Of a stretch of 64,000 nt of DNA, positions 63,734-64,000 are shown piece after piece. Location of the stretch: NCBI GenBank assembly GCA_965277285.1, contig OZ255721.1, positions 1,696,001 to 1,760,000 on the forward strand, read 5' to 3'. Made by a program: the position numbers and the translations under genes. The stretch is from Abditibacteriaceae bacterium (GTDB lineage: Bacteria > Armatimonadota > Abditibacteriia > Abditibacteriales > Abditibacteriaceae). The notes beneath the pieces were generated by a model. That model saw only the letters and a list, made by a program, of their open reading frames with translations. It made no database searches and was not told the DNA's origin. Position 1 is the stretch's first letter, and every line of letters begins with the position of its first letter.

Positions 63734-64000
63734 ATGCGAAGGACGTTTTGGAAGATTTGGACAAAAACGAACAATGAAAAGAACGCGATGAATGTATTGC
63801 GGCGCGTGTTAAAGAAGATGAATCGAGAAGCGCAGATCATTTCAGTTGAGCCTTATCCGAAAATCAACGGTTACGTTTTGTGTTTTGTCATCGAGATGGA
63901 ATGCGAAGCATGGAACGATGGAATCGTTGAATGTCTTCGTATCGGCCAAAGTGTTGCTTCGAGTTGGTCAATTTACGGAGACGTTGTTGACGATCCAAGC
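63734..64000 (+). CDS. hypothetical protein (partial, runs off the window)
   Basis: Open frame MRRTFWKIWTKTNNEKNAMNVLRRVLKK... to the window end. Confidence 0.55.
   Translation, partial: MRRTFWKIWTKTNNEKNAMNVLRRVLKKMNREAQIISVEPYPKINGYVLCFVIEMECEAWNDGIVECLRIGQSVASSWSIYGDVVDDPS

Overview
Bacterial chromosomal window of moderately high GC. Protein sequences tentatively suggest a Terrabacteria lineage such as Armatimonadota/Abditibacteriota, but this was not verified. Positions 1-17.6 kb hold tuf plus the S10-spc-alpha ribosomal protein cluster on the minus strand. The cluster has swollen, repeat-filled spacers and two unexpected inserted genes: a transaldolase between rplC and rplD, and a membrane protein between rpsH and rplF. 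Positions 18-45 kb are mixed housekeeping and accessory genes (trpS, threonine aldolase, hybrid kinase, TatD, three DUF421 genes, stress genes, Sua5), plus two AT-rich ORFs with attC-like ends. Positions 45-51 kb carry a PqqD(RRE)/HprK-like kinase/GT2/nucleotidyltransferase cluster. Positions 51-56.7 kb carry an 8-repeat HNH-associated-repeat protein and a 23S-5S rRNA unit with no 16S, driven by three tandem promoters. The end has an Mrr_N protein, a GT1 and an NfeD-flotillin pair. The dominant unexplained signal is a highly iterated palindrome, (A/T)TCGAGTACTCGA(A/T). I counted about 57 exact 12-mer copies by eye plus about 15 near-matches, roughly one per kb, both between and inside genes. 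It resembles cyanobacterial HIP1 or DNA-uptake sequences, but I do not recognise the motif. A second highlight is a promoter- and terminator-bounded structured ncRNA candidate at about 28.26-28.55 kb. All family assignments come from motif recognition; no database searches were run.
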